From positions 8,923-72,922 of the forward strand of contig CAVVOZ010000009.1 of assembly GCA_963749975.1 (NCBI GenBank): a DNA stretch of 64,000 bases. The letters are read 5' to 3'. This DNA is from an uncultured Candidatus Rokubacteria bacterium (GTDB taxonomy: Bacteria > Methylomirabilota > Methylomirabilia > Rokubacteriales > DASRDR01). The notes under the pieces are model-generated. The model was not told where the DNA came from. It did not search any database and worked only from the letters and a program-made list of their open reading frames with translations. Positions 1 through 14,089 of this stretch are shown here, piece by piece; position 1 is the stretch's first letter, and every line of letters begins with the position of its first letter. Made by a program: the position numbers and the translations under genes.

Positions 1-1184
1 CACGGGGTCCGCTCGAGCCGGACGGGTGGCAGCTCCCGCACGCGTCCGGGAACCAGGCGGCCCACCGTGACGCGAGCCGGCGCGTAGCCGCGGGCGGTGA
101 CCTCCAGGTCGACGCCCTCGACGGGCAGGCCCTTGAACCCGAAGCCACCGCACCGGTTCGAGTCGACCTCGTGTCCGGCCGCCCGGAGGCGTGCCCCGGG
201 CACCGGGTTCCCGCTCGCATCGACCACCCGGCCCTCGACGAAGGCGACGAGGGGCGCGTCGTACACCTGGTCGTTGGCAAAGATCGCGACCCCGCGGAAC
301 CCGGCTCGCGCGCGGAGACCGGCGGCGACCTCGGCCATGGTGGCGCGGAGCGCGGCGACATCCTTCTGCTCGAACGTCGCCAGGCCGATGCGGAGCCCGC
401 GGCCCGGCGGCAGGTTGCGCCAGAGGCGCGCGTCGTCGATGCGGCGCAGGACCGAGGCCGCCGATTCGCCGACCAGCGGGCCGCCCGGATCGCCGTAGAC
501 CATGAGAACGACCTCGTCCAGCTCGACGAGGAACTCGGCCGGTGCGGCGCTCGGCACCTCGGCCGAGAGGTGTCCGAGCCACCACGGCAACGCCGCGCTC
601 AGAGTCAGCGGCGAGGCCGGGGATCCCGCTCGCGTGGCCACCCTTGCCTGGCGGAAGACCTCCTGGAGGCTCCGGGTCGTCGCGGTCCGCTCCTCGGCCG
701 AGGCGCACGGCCAGGCTTCCTCCGAATGGGGCTCGATGTCGAAGTGCAGGCCCGCGAACCCGGGCCGGCCGGCCGCCCGCCGGGCGGCGTGGAAGGCGAC
801 GACGCGCGTCACGCGCTCCACCGCTCCCGCGGGGTCGGCGATCCACGAGGGGTCCTGGAGCAGCATCGCCTCGACCGCGAGCCCGAAGCGCCCGACCGCG
901 CGATCGAGGAGATCGCCGAGGCGCCGGGCGCCGTCGGGGTCGTCGACGAGGAGGCGCGGCCCGTCCTCGACGCTCAGGTAGAGCCGCCCGGCAATCGCGG
1001 CGAAGCGCGCGAGCTGCGCCTCCTGCTCGTCGGGGGTCCAGCGGTTCGCGCCGTACACCCAGATCGCGGCATCCGGCGCCGTCGCCGGCGCGCGCCCGCC
1101 CGGGGCGGGGGCGAGGGGGGCGCAGGCGAGCCCGAGGCCGACGAGCATGAGCGACGCGCCAAGCGCGCCGGGGGTGAGCTGCAC
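1..1184 (-). CDS. secreted hypothetical protein, 3'-partial (runs off window start); C-terminal carboxypeptidase-regulatory-like beta-sandwich
   Basis: Reverse-strand reading from GTG at 1184 (GGAGGG 8 nt upstream; alternative ATG at 1148) gives MQLTPGALGASLMLVGLGLACAPLAPA (signal-like), then ...FHAARRAAGRPGFAGLHFDIEPH... and ...EGRVVDASGNPVPGARL...TARGYAPARVTVG. There is no stop before position 1. It is absent from the ORF track because it is incomplete. Confidence 0.5.
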   Translation of the reverse strand, partial: MQLTPGALGASLMLVGLGLACAPLAPAPGGRAPATAPDAAIWVYGANRWTPDEQEAQLARFAAIAGRLYLSVEDGPRLLVDDPDGARRLGDLLDRAVGRFGLAVEAMLLQDPSWIADPAGAVERVTRVVAFHAARRAAGRPGFAGLHFDIEPHSEEAWPCASAEERTATTRSLQEVFRQARVATRAGSPASPLTLSAALPWWLGHLSAEVPSAAPAEFLVELDEVVLMVYGDPGGPLVGESAASVLRRIDDARLWRNLPPGRGLRIGLATFEQKDVAALRATMAEVAAGLRARAGFRGVAIFANDQVYDAPLVAFVEGRVVDASGNPVPGARLRAAGHEVDSNRCGGFGFKGLPVEGVDLEVTARGYAPARVTVGRLVPGRVRELPPVRLERTP

Positions 1185-1400
1185 GACGGAATCCCTCCAG
1201 TTCCTGGAACTGCGAAGCGGGAACGGGCGTCCAAGACGGCCAAGGCGGCCAAAGCGACGACCAAGGCGAATTGTAGCAAAGGGGGTTCCCGAGACCGCGT
1301 TTTCGGACGGGCGCCCCCTGGGCGCGTCCAGGCCGGTCGAGTAAGATGGTGCCCGCGGCCGCGAGCCGCGTGTGGAACGCCGCGAAGGAGGCCAATCTCT

Positions 1401-3143
1401 GTGGGCGAGCGCGTCGATCCGATCACCGTCTCGGTCATCCAGCACCGGCTCGAGGCCATCGTCCAGGAGATGGGCGAGGCGATGCTCCGCACCTCGTACT
1501 CCCAGATCCTCAACTCGAGCCGGGATTTCTCCACGGCCCTCTGTGACGCCGAGGGCCGGCTCGTGGCCCAGGCCGAGCACGTGCCGATCCACGTCGGCGC
1601 GATTCCCTGGGCCGTCCGGTCCGTGCAGGAGTTTTTCGGAGACCGGGTCCGGCCCGGAGACGTCTATCTCCTGAACGACCCGTATCACGGCAACAACCAC
1701 CTGCCCGACCTCACCGCCTTCGTGCCCGTCTTCGCCCAGCAGCGGCTCGTCTTCTGGTCGATCAACCGCTCTCACCAGAGCGACATCGGCGGCGCGACCC
1801 ACGGCGCCTACAATCCCGGCGCGACCGAGATCTGGCAGGAGGGCCTCCGCATCACGCCGCTTCGCCTGTACGAGGCGGGGGTGGTGCGGGACGACGTGCT
1901 GAAGATGATCGCGACCAACGTCCGCCATCCGCGGGACTTCCAGGGGGACCTCGCCGCGATGATCGGGTCCGCCCGGGTGGGGGAGCGTCGGCTCCTCGCC
2001 CTGCTCGAGGAGTACGGCGCCCCGACCGTCGGGCCGGCGATCGACGCGATCCTCGACGGCGCCGAGCGCCAGGCGCGCGCCTGCATCGCGGCGTGGAAGG
2101 ACGGCGTGTACCGGGGCGAGGCGGTGCTCGACGACGACGGCCACGGGTTCCGGGACATCTACATCCGGGCGAAGGTGACCAAGCGCGGGAGCGACCTCAC
2201 GGTCGATCTCAGCGATTCCCATCGCCAGGTGATCGGCTTCGTGAACTCGTCCTACCCGAACATGCGGTCGGCCGTCGCCATGGCCCTCGCATACCTGATC
2301 GACCCCGAGACGCCGAAGAACGACGGGACGTTCCGCCCGCTCACGGTCATCGCCAAGGCCGGCACGGTCGTGTGGGCGAATCCCCCGGCGCCGCTGACCC
2401 TCTGCACGAACCATTGCGCGCAGGAGATCGCCGAGTCGGTGATCAAGGCCCTGGCGCCCGCCTGCCCGACGCGCGTCCTGGCGGGCTGGGGCCGGCGCTT
2501 CCGCATCGCGATCCAGGGCATGGACCCGCGGAGCGGGCGGCCGTTCATCTGGCACATGTTTCACGCGCGGCCGGGCGGCGGGGCGTCACCGGCGGGCGAC
2601 GGCTGGCCGACCGCAGGGGAGGGCCAGGCGGCCGGCGGCATCAAGTTCGGGAGCGTCGAGGTGACGGAGGTGCGTTTCCCTCTGTTCTTCGCACGACACG
2701 AGTTCCGGCCGGACTCGGGCGGGGACGGGCGGTACCGTGGCGGCCCCGGTTCGATCCTCGAGCTCCATGTGGAGATCGCGGAGCCCGCCCGCGCGAACAC
2801 CGCCGGCGACGGCACGCGCCACGCGCCGTACGGGATCCTCGGCGGGCGGGACGGCCTGCCGCATCGCTACCGGCTGCGCTCCCGCGGGCGCCGAGACCGG
2901 GTGCTCCGGACCAAGGAGGTCGGCGTCGTCGTCCGGCCGGGCGACGTCTTCCTCGTCGAGTCGGGTGGGGGCGGCGGCTACGGCGACCCGCGCCAGCGGG
3001 CGCCCGAGGCCCGCGCCTACGACCGAGAGAACGGCTTCGTCACGCGCCGATCGGCCGCGATCTCGAAGGCGTCCCGCAGGGCTGGGCCGGCGACGGGACC
3101 CGCGCGTCGCAGTCGACGAGTCGCCAAGCGGAAGGCGCGCTGA
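1401..3143 (+). CDS. hyuB: hydantoinase B/oxoprolinase family protein (HyuB-like)
   Basis: GTG at 1401 with AAGGAGG at 1385-1391. N-terminus VGERVDPITVSVIQHRLEAIVQEMGEAMLRTSYSQILNSSRDFSTALCDAEGRLVAQAEHVPIHVGA is typical of HyuB. The 990-aa ORF 171..3143 is an artefactual upstream extension. Confidence 0.85.
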   Translation: MGERVDPITVSVIQHRLEAIVQEMGEAMLRTSYSQILNSSRDFSTALCDAEGRLVAQAEHVPIHVGAIPWAVRSVQEFFGDRVRPGDVYLLNDPYHGNNHLPDLTAFVPVFAQQRLVFWSINRSHQSDIGGATHGAYNPGATEIWQEGLRITPLRLYEAGVVRDDVLKMIATNVRHPRDFQGDLAAMIGSARVGERRLLALLEEYGAPTVGPAIDAILDGAERQARACIAAWKDGVYRGEAVLDDDGHGFRDIYIRAKVTKRGSDLTVDLSDSHRQVIGFVNSSYPNMRSAVAMALAYLIDPETPKNDGTFRPLTVIAKAGTVVWANPPAPLTLCTNHCAQEIAESVIKALAPACPTRVLAGWGRRFRIAIQGMDPRSGRPFIWHMFHARPGGGASPAGDGWPTAGEGQAAGGIKFGSVEVTEVRFPLFFARHEFRPDSGGDGRYRGGPGSILELHVEIAEPARANTAGDGTRHAPYGILGGRDGLPHRYRLRSRGRRDRVLRTKEVGVVVRPGDVFLVESGGGGGYGDPRQRAPEARAYDRENGFVTRRSAAISKASRRAGPATGPARRSRRVAKRKAR

Positions 3144-3144
3144 C

Positions 3145-5188
3145 GTGTACCGGATCGGGATCGACGTCGGCGGTACCTTCACGGACCTGGTCGCCGTGGA
3201 CGAGCGCGGGCGCGTGACCCTCGCGAAGGCGGCCTCGACCCCGCAGGATCAGTCCCTCGGCGTCATGGAGGGGCTCGAGCCTCCTGGCCGCGGCGCTCGG
3301 CTGCGACCGGGCGGCCCTCCTCCGCGACACCGAGCGCATCGTCCACGGGACGACGGTCGCGACCAACGCCCTCCTCGAGCGCAAGGGGGCGCGGGTCGGG
3401 CTCCTCACGACCGCCGGCCACCGCGACGTGATCGAGATGCGGGAGGGGCTCAAGGACGACCGGTACAACCTCCGCATGGCGCCGCCGGAGCCGCTCGTGC
3501 CGCGCGCGCGGCGGCTCGGCATCCGCGAGCGCATGCGCGCCGACGGTCGAGTGGAGACGCCGCTCGATCCCCGCGCCCTCGACCGGGCCATCGCCGACCT
3601 CCGGCGCGCCGGCGTCGAGGCGGTGGCCGTCTGCTACCTGCACGCCTACCGGGACGCGCGGCACGAGCGGGCGACCGAGCGCGCCCTCCGCCGGGCGCTG
3701 CCGGGCGCCTACATCTCGCTCTCCTCGGAGGTCCTGCCCCAGATCAAGGAGTACGAGCGGGTCTGCACGACCGTCGTGAACGCCTACGTCGGACCCGCCC
3801 TCGCGCGCTACCTCTCGCGCCTGGCCGAGCGCCTCGTCCAGACCGGGTACGCGGGGCCCGTGCTCATCATCCAGTCCCACGGCGGCGTGGCCCCGGTTGC
3901 CGACGCCGTGCGCCTCGCCGCCGGGGCGGTCCTGTCCGGACCCGCGGGTGGCGTCGCGGGGAGCCGCTACTGCGCGCGCCTCCTCGGCGAGGGCAATCTG
4001 ATCCCCTTCGACATGGGCGGGACGAGCACCGACATCTCGCTCGTCGAGCACGGCGAGGCGCACCTCTCGCCGGACCGGGCGGTCGCGGGCCAGAAGGTGG
4101 CGCTCCCCAGCCTCGACATCGTGTCGATCGGCGCGGGCGGCGGGTCGATCGCCCGCGTGGACGCCGGCGGCACGCTCCGGGTCGGGCCGGAGAGCGCGGG
4201 CGCCGAGCCGGGCCCAGCGTGCTACGGCAAGGGCGGCACGGCCGCCACCGTGACGGACGCGAACCTGGTCCTGGGCTATCTCGATCCCGGGAACTTCCTG
4301 GGCGGCCGGACACAGCTCGACCTCGGTGCCGCGCAGCGGGCCGTGGACGCGATCGCGGAGCGGCTCGGCACCGAGCGGATGGTCGCGGCCGAGGGCATCC
4401 ACCGGGTCATCAACACGGTGATGGCCGAGGGCATCCGTGTCGTGTCGGTGCGGCGGGGCGTCGATCCCCGGCGGTTCGCGCTGCTCGCCTTCGGCGGGGC
4501 CGCCGCCCTCCACGTGACCGACGTGGCCCGGCGTCTCGAGATCGGGCGCGTCGTCGTGCCGCGGGTCGCGGCCGTGCTCTCGGCCTGGGGGATGCTGGCC
4601 ACCGATCTCCGGTACGAGGCGGTGCGGACCCACATCGGGGACGCGCGACGGGTCGGCGCGGCGCAGCTCCGCCAGGTGTTCGCCGCGATGGAGACCGAGG
4701 GGCGGCGGCGCCTGGCCGAGGCCTTCTCGGGGCCGGTGCGCATCCAGCGCGCCGTGGACATGCGCTACGGCGAGCAGATCTTCGAGGTCAACGTCTCGCT
4801 GGGGGACGTCGACCTCGAGGCGCCCGACGCGATGGCGGAGATCGTCGCGCGCTTCCACAAGCGCCACGAGGAGCTGTACACCTACGCGGCGCCGGACCAG
4901 GAAGTCGTCCTCGTCAACGCGCGCCTGGCGGTGGTGGGAGAGCTGCCGGCGTTGCCCGAGGAGCCCGCGCTTCCCGCGCGGCCGCCCGCGGCGCCCCGCA
5001 GCCGGCGGCGCGTCTACCTCGATGAGTGGCGCGAGGTGCCGGTCTACGATCTCGACGCGGTGGCTCCGGGGCAGGTGATCGCGGGGCCCGCGATCGTCGA
5101 GGCGGCGACGACGACGGCGCTCCTGCGCGCGGGCGAGCGAGCGACCGTGACGCCCCTCGGCTGGCTCGACATCCGCGTCGCGTCGTGA
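3145..5188 (+). CDS. hyuA: hydantoinase A/oxoprolinase family protein (HyuA-like); +1/-2 frameshift near 3278-3285
   Basis: GTG at 3145 gives VYRIGIDVGGTFTDLVAVDERGRV (the HyuA N-terminal motif) in frame 1. The rest (…LAAALGCDRAALLRDTERIVHGTTVATNALLERKG…MGGTSTDISLV…) is in frame 2, ORF 3428..5188. The frames meet at gggctcgagcctcctggcc. Confidence 0.75.
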
Positions 5189-5254
5189 CTCCACCGCGGG
5201 TCCTGTCGCCCGGCCCAGCTCCATGCGGTGGGCGCCCGATGAACGGAGGCTAGG

Positions 5255-6574
5255 ATGGGCACGAAGTTCGACGATCCCGGGTCCCAGTCCCGCGCCTTGT
5301 TCGAGCGGGCGCGGCAGGTCATCCCGGGCGGGACCTCCAAGGCGAACTTCCACGTCCACCCGCACCCGTTCTACCTCGCCGAGGGGCGCGGCTGCCGCGC
5401 GACCGACGTCGACGGGGTCGAGCGGATCGACGCGATCAACAACTTCACGGCGCTGATCCACGGTCACGCCTTCCCCCCGCTCGTCGACGCGGTCAGCCGA
5501 CAGCTCTCGCGCGGCACGGCCTTCGCTGCGTCCACGCCCGAGGAGGTCGCCCTCGCCGAGCTCCTCGTCGAGCGGGTGGCGGGTCTCGAGCGGGTCCGCT
5601 TCGGCAACTCCGGCACCGAGGCGGTGATGATGGCCATCAAGGCGGCGCGGGCCTACACGGGCCGCGACCGCATCGCCAAGTTCGAGGGGGCGTATCACGG
5701 CTACTACGACGACGTCCAGGTGAGCTACAGCTCGCGGCCCGACGACTGGGGGCCGGACGACGCGCCGGCGAGCGTGCCCTCCTCGGGCGGCGTGCCCAAG
5801 CACCGCGTGCTCGAGACGCTGGTCCTGCCCTGGAACGACCCCGACGCCTGCGAGCGGCTCGTGACGCGCCACGCTTCCGAGCTGGCGGCGGTGCTCGTGG
5901 ATCCCCTGGCGAACCGCATGGGGTTCATCCCGCCCGCGGACGGGTTCCTCGCGTTCCTCCGGCAGCTCACCCGGCAGCACGGGGTCCTCCTGGTCTTCGA
6001 CGAGATCATCTCGTTCCGCGTCGGCTACCATGGCGCCCAGGGCCGCTACGGCGGGGATCCGGATCTGACCGCCTTCGGCAAGATCATCGGGGGCGGGTTC
6101 CCCGTCGGCGCCACCGGCGGCCGCGCCGAGGTGATGGAGGTGTTCGACCCCGGAACGCGGGGACCGCGAATCGCCTCCGGAGGGACGTTCAGCGCCAACC
6201 CGGTCAGCATGACGGGCGGGCTCGCGACGATGCGCGCGATGACGCCGGCGGCGTTCGATCGCCTGGAGGCGCTCGGGGCCCGGCTGCGCGCGCGTCTCGG
6301 TGAGGTCTTCCGGGACGCCGGCGTGCCCGGCCAGGTGACCGGCGAGGGCTCTCTCTTCCGGCTCCTCTTCACCGACCGGCCGCTCCGCAGCTACCGCGAC
6401 CTCGACCAGGCGGCCGAGGCGCGCATGGAGCGGCTCTTCCTCGCGCTCCTCGATGCGGGCGTGCTGATCCACACGACGGGGCTCGGCTGCCTCTCGACCC
6501 CGATGGGCGACCGCGAGATCGAGGAGATCGCGGTCGCCGCCGAGCGGGCGCTCGGGGTCGTCGGCCGCGGCTGA
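5255..6574 (+). CDS. class III aminotransferase, glutamate-1-semialdehyde 2,1-aminomutase-like
   Basis: 439 aa: VIPGGTSKANF…GNSGTEAVMMAIKAARAYTGRDRIAKFEGAYHGY…DEIISFRVGYHGAQ…GKIIGGGFPVGATGGRAEVM…GGTFSANPVSMTGGLATM. HemL/AT-III family hallmarks including the PLP-Lys region. Confidence 0.85.
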   Translation: MGTKFDDPGSQSRALFERARQVIPGGTSKANFHVHPHPFYLAEGRGCRATDVDGVERIDAINNFTALIHGHAFPPLVDAVSRQLSRGTAFAASTPEEVALAELLVERVAGLERVRFGNSGTEAVMMAIKAARAYTGRDRIAKFEGAYHGYYDDVQVSYSSRPDDWGPDDAPASVPSSGGVPKHRVLETLVLPWNDPDACERLVTRHASELAAVLVDPLANRMGFIPPADGFLAFLRQLTRQHGVLLVFDEIISFRVGYHGAQGRYGGDPDLTAFGKIIGGGFPVGATGGRAEVMEVFDPGTRGPRIASGGTFSANPVSMTGGLATMRAMTPAAFDRLEALGARLRARLGEVFRDAGVPGQVTGEGSLFRLLFTDRPLRSYRDLDQAAEARMERLFLALLDAGVLIHTTGLGCLSTPMGDREIEEIAVAAERALGVVGRG

Positions 6575-9220
6575 CCGCGGGTCGCCGGACCACTCCAGCG
6601 GGCGCTCGATGCTGCGGTCCGACGCGACCGTGGGCCGCCTGGTGCGATCCCGCCCCGTTCACCTCGCGCTGATCGTCCTCGTGGGGGCGGTGCTCCGCCT
6701 TTGGGGCATCCTCCACGGCCTGGCCGACGGCCTCATCTATCACGCCGACGCCCACCTCGCGGTCTGGAGCGCCTGGCACCTCCACCTCGGGGGGCCGCTC
6801 CGGGCCGCCCGGTTCGGCGGGGCGCACGGGGCCCTCAGCTGGCTCGCGCTGGAAGCGACCGACCTCGTGGGGCGGGGAGTGGGCTACCCGCCGCAGTGGA
6901 GCTTCGCGCTGATCGGGAGCGTGCTCGCGCTTCTCACCGCCGTGATGGGCACGCTGACCATCCCGGCCGTGTACGTCCTGGGCGCGCGCGCCTTCGGCCC
7001 GCGGGTCGGGCTCCTGGCGGCGGCGTTCCTGGCGGTCTCGCCGCTTCACAGCTTTCACTCCCACTACCCGTACCGCGACGTCCCCATGGTGCTGGCGCTC
7101 ACGCTCACCCTGGCGGCGTGCGTGAGCCTGGCCGCGCGTCCCGGCGCCGTCGCCTACATCGGCGCCGCCGTCGGCGCGGGCCTCACGGTCGCGCTCAAGC
7201 CGGCTGGTATGGTCGTCGCGGCGCCGCTGGCCACGGCGCTCGCTCTGGCCTGGCGCCGTCGGCGGGCGCCGTGGGTGCTGATCGCGACGCTCGCCCTCCT
7301 GCTCGTGGTCCTGGTGGGAATGAGCGTGTTCCTGACGGGTCACTCGTTCTCGCCGCTCGTGGGAGTGCGCGACAGGTGGCACTTCGCCCGGAACTTCATC
7401 ACGCGACACGGACCGACAGTCACCCACGGCACGGTGCGCGCCCTCGTGCTTCTCGGGGACTGGCTGGGGTGGCCCGCGTTCCTTGCCTTTGGTGTCGGGC
7501 TCGGTGTGGCGGTCTGGCGGCGGCAGCCCGCGGACCTCGTGCTGGCGGCATTCCTCGTGCCGGCCTTCTTTGCGGCCGCCGCCATTCCGTGGATGGACGA
7601 GCGGTTCTTCGTCTACCTGGTTCCACCGGCTGCGGTCCTGCTCGCGCGCGCCCTCCTCGGCGCGGCGGAGCGCGCCAGGAGCCGGCCGCTCGCGCGGGTC
7701 GCCGTCCTCGCGGTGACGCTGGCGCTCCTGGCCGGGGACCTCGGGCGCTCGGCCTGGCAAGGCGTTCTCCTCAGCCTTCCCGACACGCGGGCTCTGGCCG
7801 GCCGCTGGTTCGAGGCCCACGTTCCACGATCGACGCGGGTGGCGATGGAGGGGTACTTTCCGCTCGGGGTCAACGAATGGCCCCAGGCACGCTTCTTCGA
7901 GCCGCGGCGTCCGCTGCCGGAGGCGCTGGCGGCCGCGGACGTCCTCGTCACGAGCTCCCTCGAGCACGATCGGTACCTCGACCCCCGGACGAGGTCCGGC
8001 CCGGCCCTCGGGGCCTTCTTTCGAGCCCTGCCGCAGGAGGCCTCGCTCATGCGGACGCTCGCCCTCGCGCCGCTCGGCTTCGCTCATCCGAGCATCGCTG
8101 TCTACGCCACGCGTCCGCCGCGCGTGGCGGGGGCCCCGGCTCTGTTCCTGCCCCGGCCCTACGACCACACCTGGAACGGCGGCGTGGCGTTTCTCGACCC
8201 CGGCCCCTACGACCGGGATGACCGCACGCTCTTCCTCGGTGGCGCGCAGGTCCACGATGTGATCCTCGCGGGGCCGGCGGCCGTCGACGAGATCGCCGTG
8301 TTCGTCGCCAACGGGCCCGAGCCGAGCCAGGTCCGCATCGAGGTGGGATGGGCGAGCCGGCGGCGTCCGCTCGAGCCGGGGGAGTGGCGCGCCGTCCACT
8401 TCCGGCCGCGCTGGTGGTGGCCGGCCCGCCCCGTCCTCTACCGGGTGACGGTGGCGCTCCTGCCCGAGGGGCGGAGCGCGCTGGTCCAGATCCGGGCCGG
8501 GGCCCGGGAGATCGGCGAGGCGTATGCGGCGTGGAGACGCTGGGACGCTGCCGTTCCCTACCTCGAGCGAACCCTGGCGGCGCGCCCCGGCGACGGCGAG
8601 CTCCTGCTCCTGCTCGGCACGGCGTACCGTCAGCTCGGCCGGGCGGAGGACGCGCGGCGCGTCGGGGCGCGGCTCGAGGCGGAGGCGCCCGGCTACACCG
8701 CCGCCGTCCGCCAGCTGGGGCAGGGCGCGGCGCGTCCCGAGACCTGGACCCCGGCGTTCGAGCGCGCGACGGGACTCGACGCCGCGCTGCTCACGCCGGC
8801 GCTCACCCGGGAGGTGCGCGTCGACGCGATCCTCGCGCAGGGCCGGCTGGGCGGCGACCCGATGACGCCCGGCGGGGTTGCCGCGGTGTTCGAGCGCGGG
8901 ATCGACCGTCCGGGCGTGGTCCTCAACGGACCACGGGGGCCCCGGCCTCTCGTGTACCTCGCCCCGGGCGCGTACCGGGCGCGGTTCACGCTTCGCGGCG
9001 GGGCGGGCAGCGCGGGCCAGGAGAGCGCGGTGCTTCGCGTCTTCGCCGAGCGCCGGCTGTTGGTGACGCGGCCGGTCACGGCGGAGGAGCTCGGCGACGG
9101 CCGGCGCGTCGTGGAGATCCCGGTGCCCTTCGTCCACGATGGACCGCCGACGCCGATGGCCGTCCAGGTCGAGGCGACGGGGCGCGGGAGCTTCGCGGTC
9201 GACCGCGTGCAGATCGAGCC
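5452..9220 (+). repeat. tandem duplication unit, copy 1 (~3.77 kb)
   Basis: Positions 5452-9220 realign with 9248-13017 at an offset of 3796-3797. Over most of the length the copies are ~99.5% identical, differing by scattered substitutions (QWSF/QWTF, YIGAA/YIDAA, HFARNF/HFAWNF, LDAG/LEAG). Confidence 0.85.
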
Positions 9221-9227
9221 TATATAA
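6609..9227 (+). CDS. GT39/ArnT-PMT-like membrane glycosyltransferase with C-terminal TPR region (copy 1; C-terminus cut by duplication junction)
   Basis: Polytopic N-terminal half (many TM helices, [11 protein letters not shown] loop motif) and a soluble C-terminal half with TPR-like [45 protein letters not shown]. It ends IEPI* directly at the AT-rich filler. Copy 2 continues [21 protein letters not shown]. Confidence 0.6.
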   Translation: MLRSDATVGRLVRSRPVHLALIVLVGAVLRLWGILHGLADGLIYHADAHLAVWSAWHLHLGGPLRAARFGGAHGALSWLALEATDLVGRGVGYPPQWSFALIGSVLALLTAVMGTLTIPAVYVLGARAFGPRVGLLAAAFLAVSPLHSFHSHYPYRDVPMVLALTLTLAACVSLAARPGAVAYIGAAVGAGLTVALKPAGMVVAAPLATALALAWRRRRAPWVLIATLALLLVVLVGMSVFLTGHSFSPLVGVRDRWHFARNFITRHGPTVTHGTVRALVLLGDWLGWPAFLAFGVGLGVAVWRRQPADLVLAAFLVPAFFAAAAIPWMDERFFVYLVPPAAVLLARALLGAAERARSRPLARVAVLAVTLALLAGDLGRSAWQGVLLSLPDTRALAGRWFEAHVPRSTRVAMEGYFPLGVNEWPQARFFEPRRPLPEALAAADVLVTSSLEHDRYLDPRTRSGPALGAFFRALPQEASLMRTLALAPLGFAHPSIAVYATRPPRVAGAPALFLPRPYDHTWNGGVAFLDPGPYDRDDRTLFLGGAQVHDVILAGPAAVDEIAVFVANGPEPSQVRIEVGWASRRRPLEPGEWRAVHFRPRWWWPARPVLYRVTVALLPEGRSALVQIRAGAREIGEAYAAWRRWDAAVPYLERTLAARPGDGELLLLLGTAYRQLGRAEDARRVGARLEAEAPGYTAAVRQLGQGAARPETWTPAFERATGLDAALLTPALTREVRVDAILAQGRLGGDPMTPGGVAAVFERGIDRPGVVLNGPRGPRPLVYLAPGAYRARFTLRGGAGSAGQESAVLRVFAERRLLVTRPVTAEELGDGRRVVEIPVPFVHDGPPTPMAVQVEATGRGSFAVDRVQIEPI

Positions 9228-9247
9228 TATAATAATAAAACTTACGG
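9221..9247. other. 27-bp AT-rich junction filler tatataatataataataaaacttacgg between the two duplication copies
   Basis: ~10% GC in a ~70% GC context. It sits exactly between the end of copy 1 (…gatcgagcc) and the start of copy 2 (gctgatcacggtcacgcc…). Confidence 0.8.
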
Positions 9248-14061
<4,814 letters not shown>

Positions 14062-14089
14062 CGGGCGCCGTCCGCCGGAGGAGCCGGGC

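Noticed and set aside
171-1400. N-terminal 410 codons of the 990-aa ORF 171..3143, and ORFs 97..498, 191..505, 542..1150
   Set aside because: Low-complexity sequence lying antisense to the minus-strand secreted-protein gene (1..1184). HyuB homology and an RBS begin at GTG 1401.
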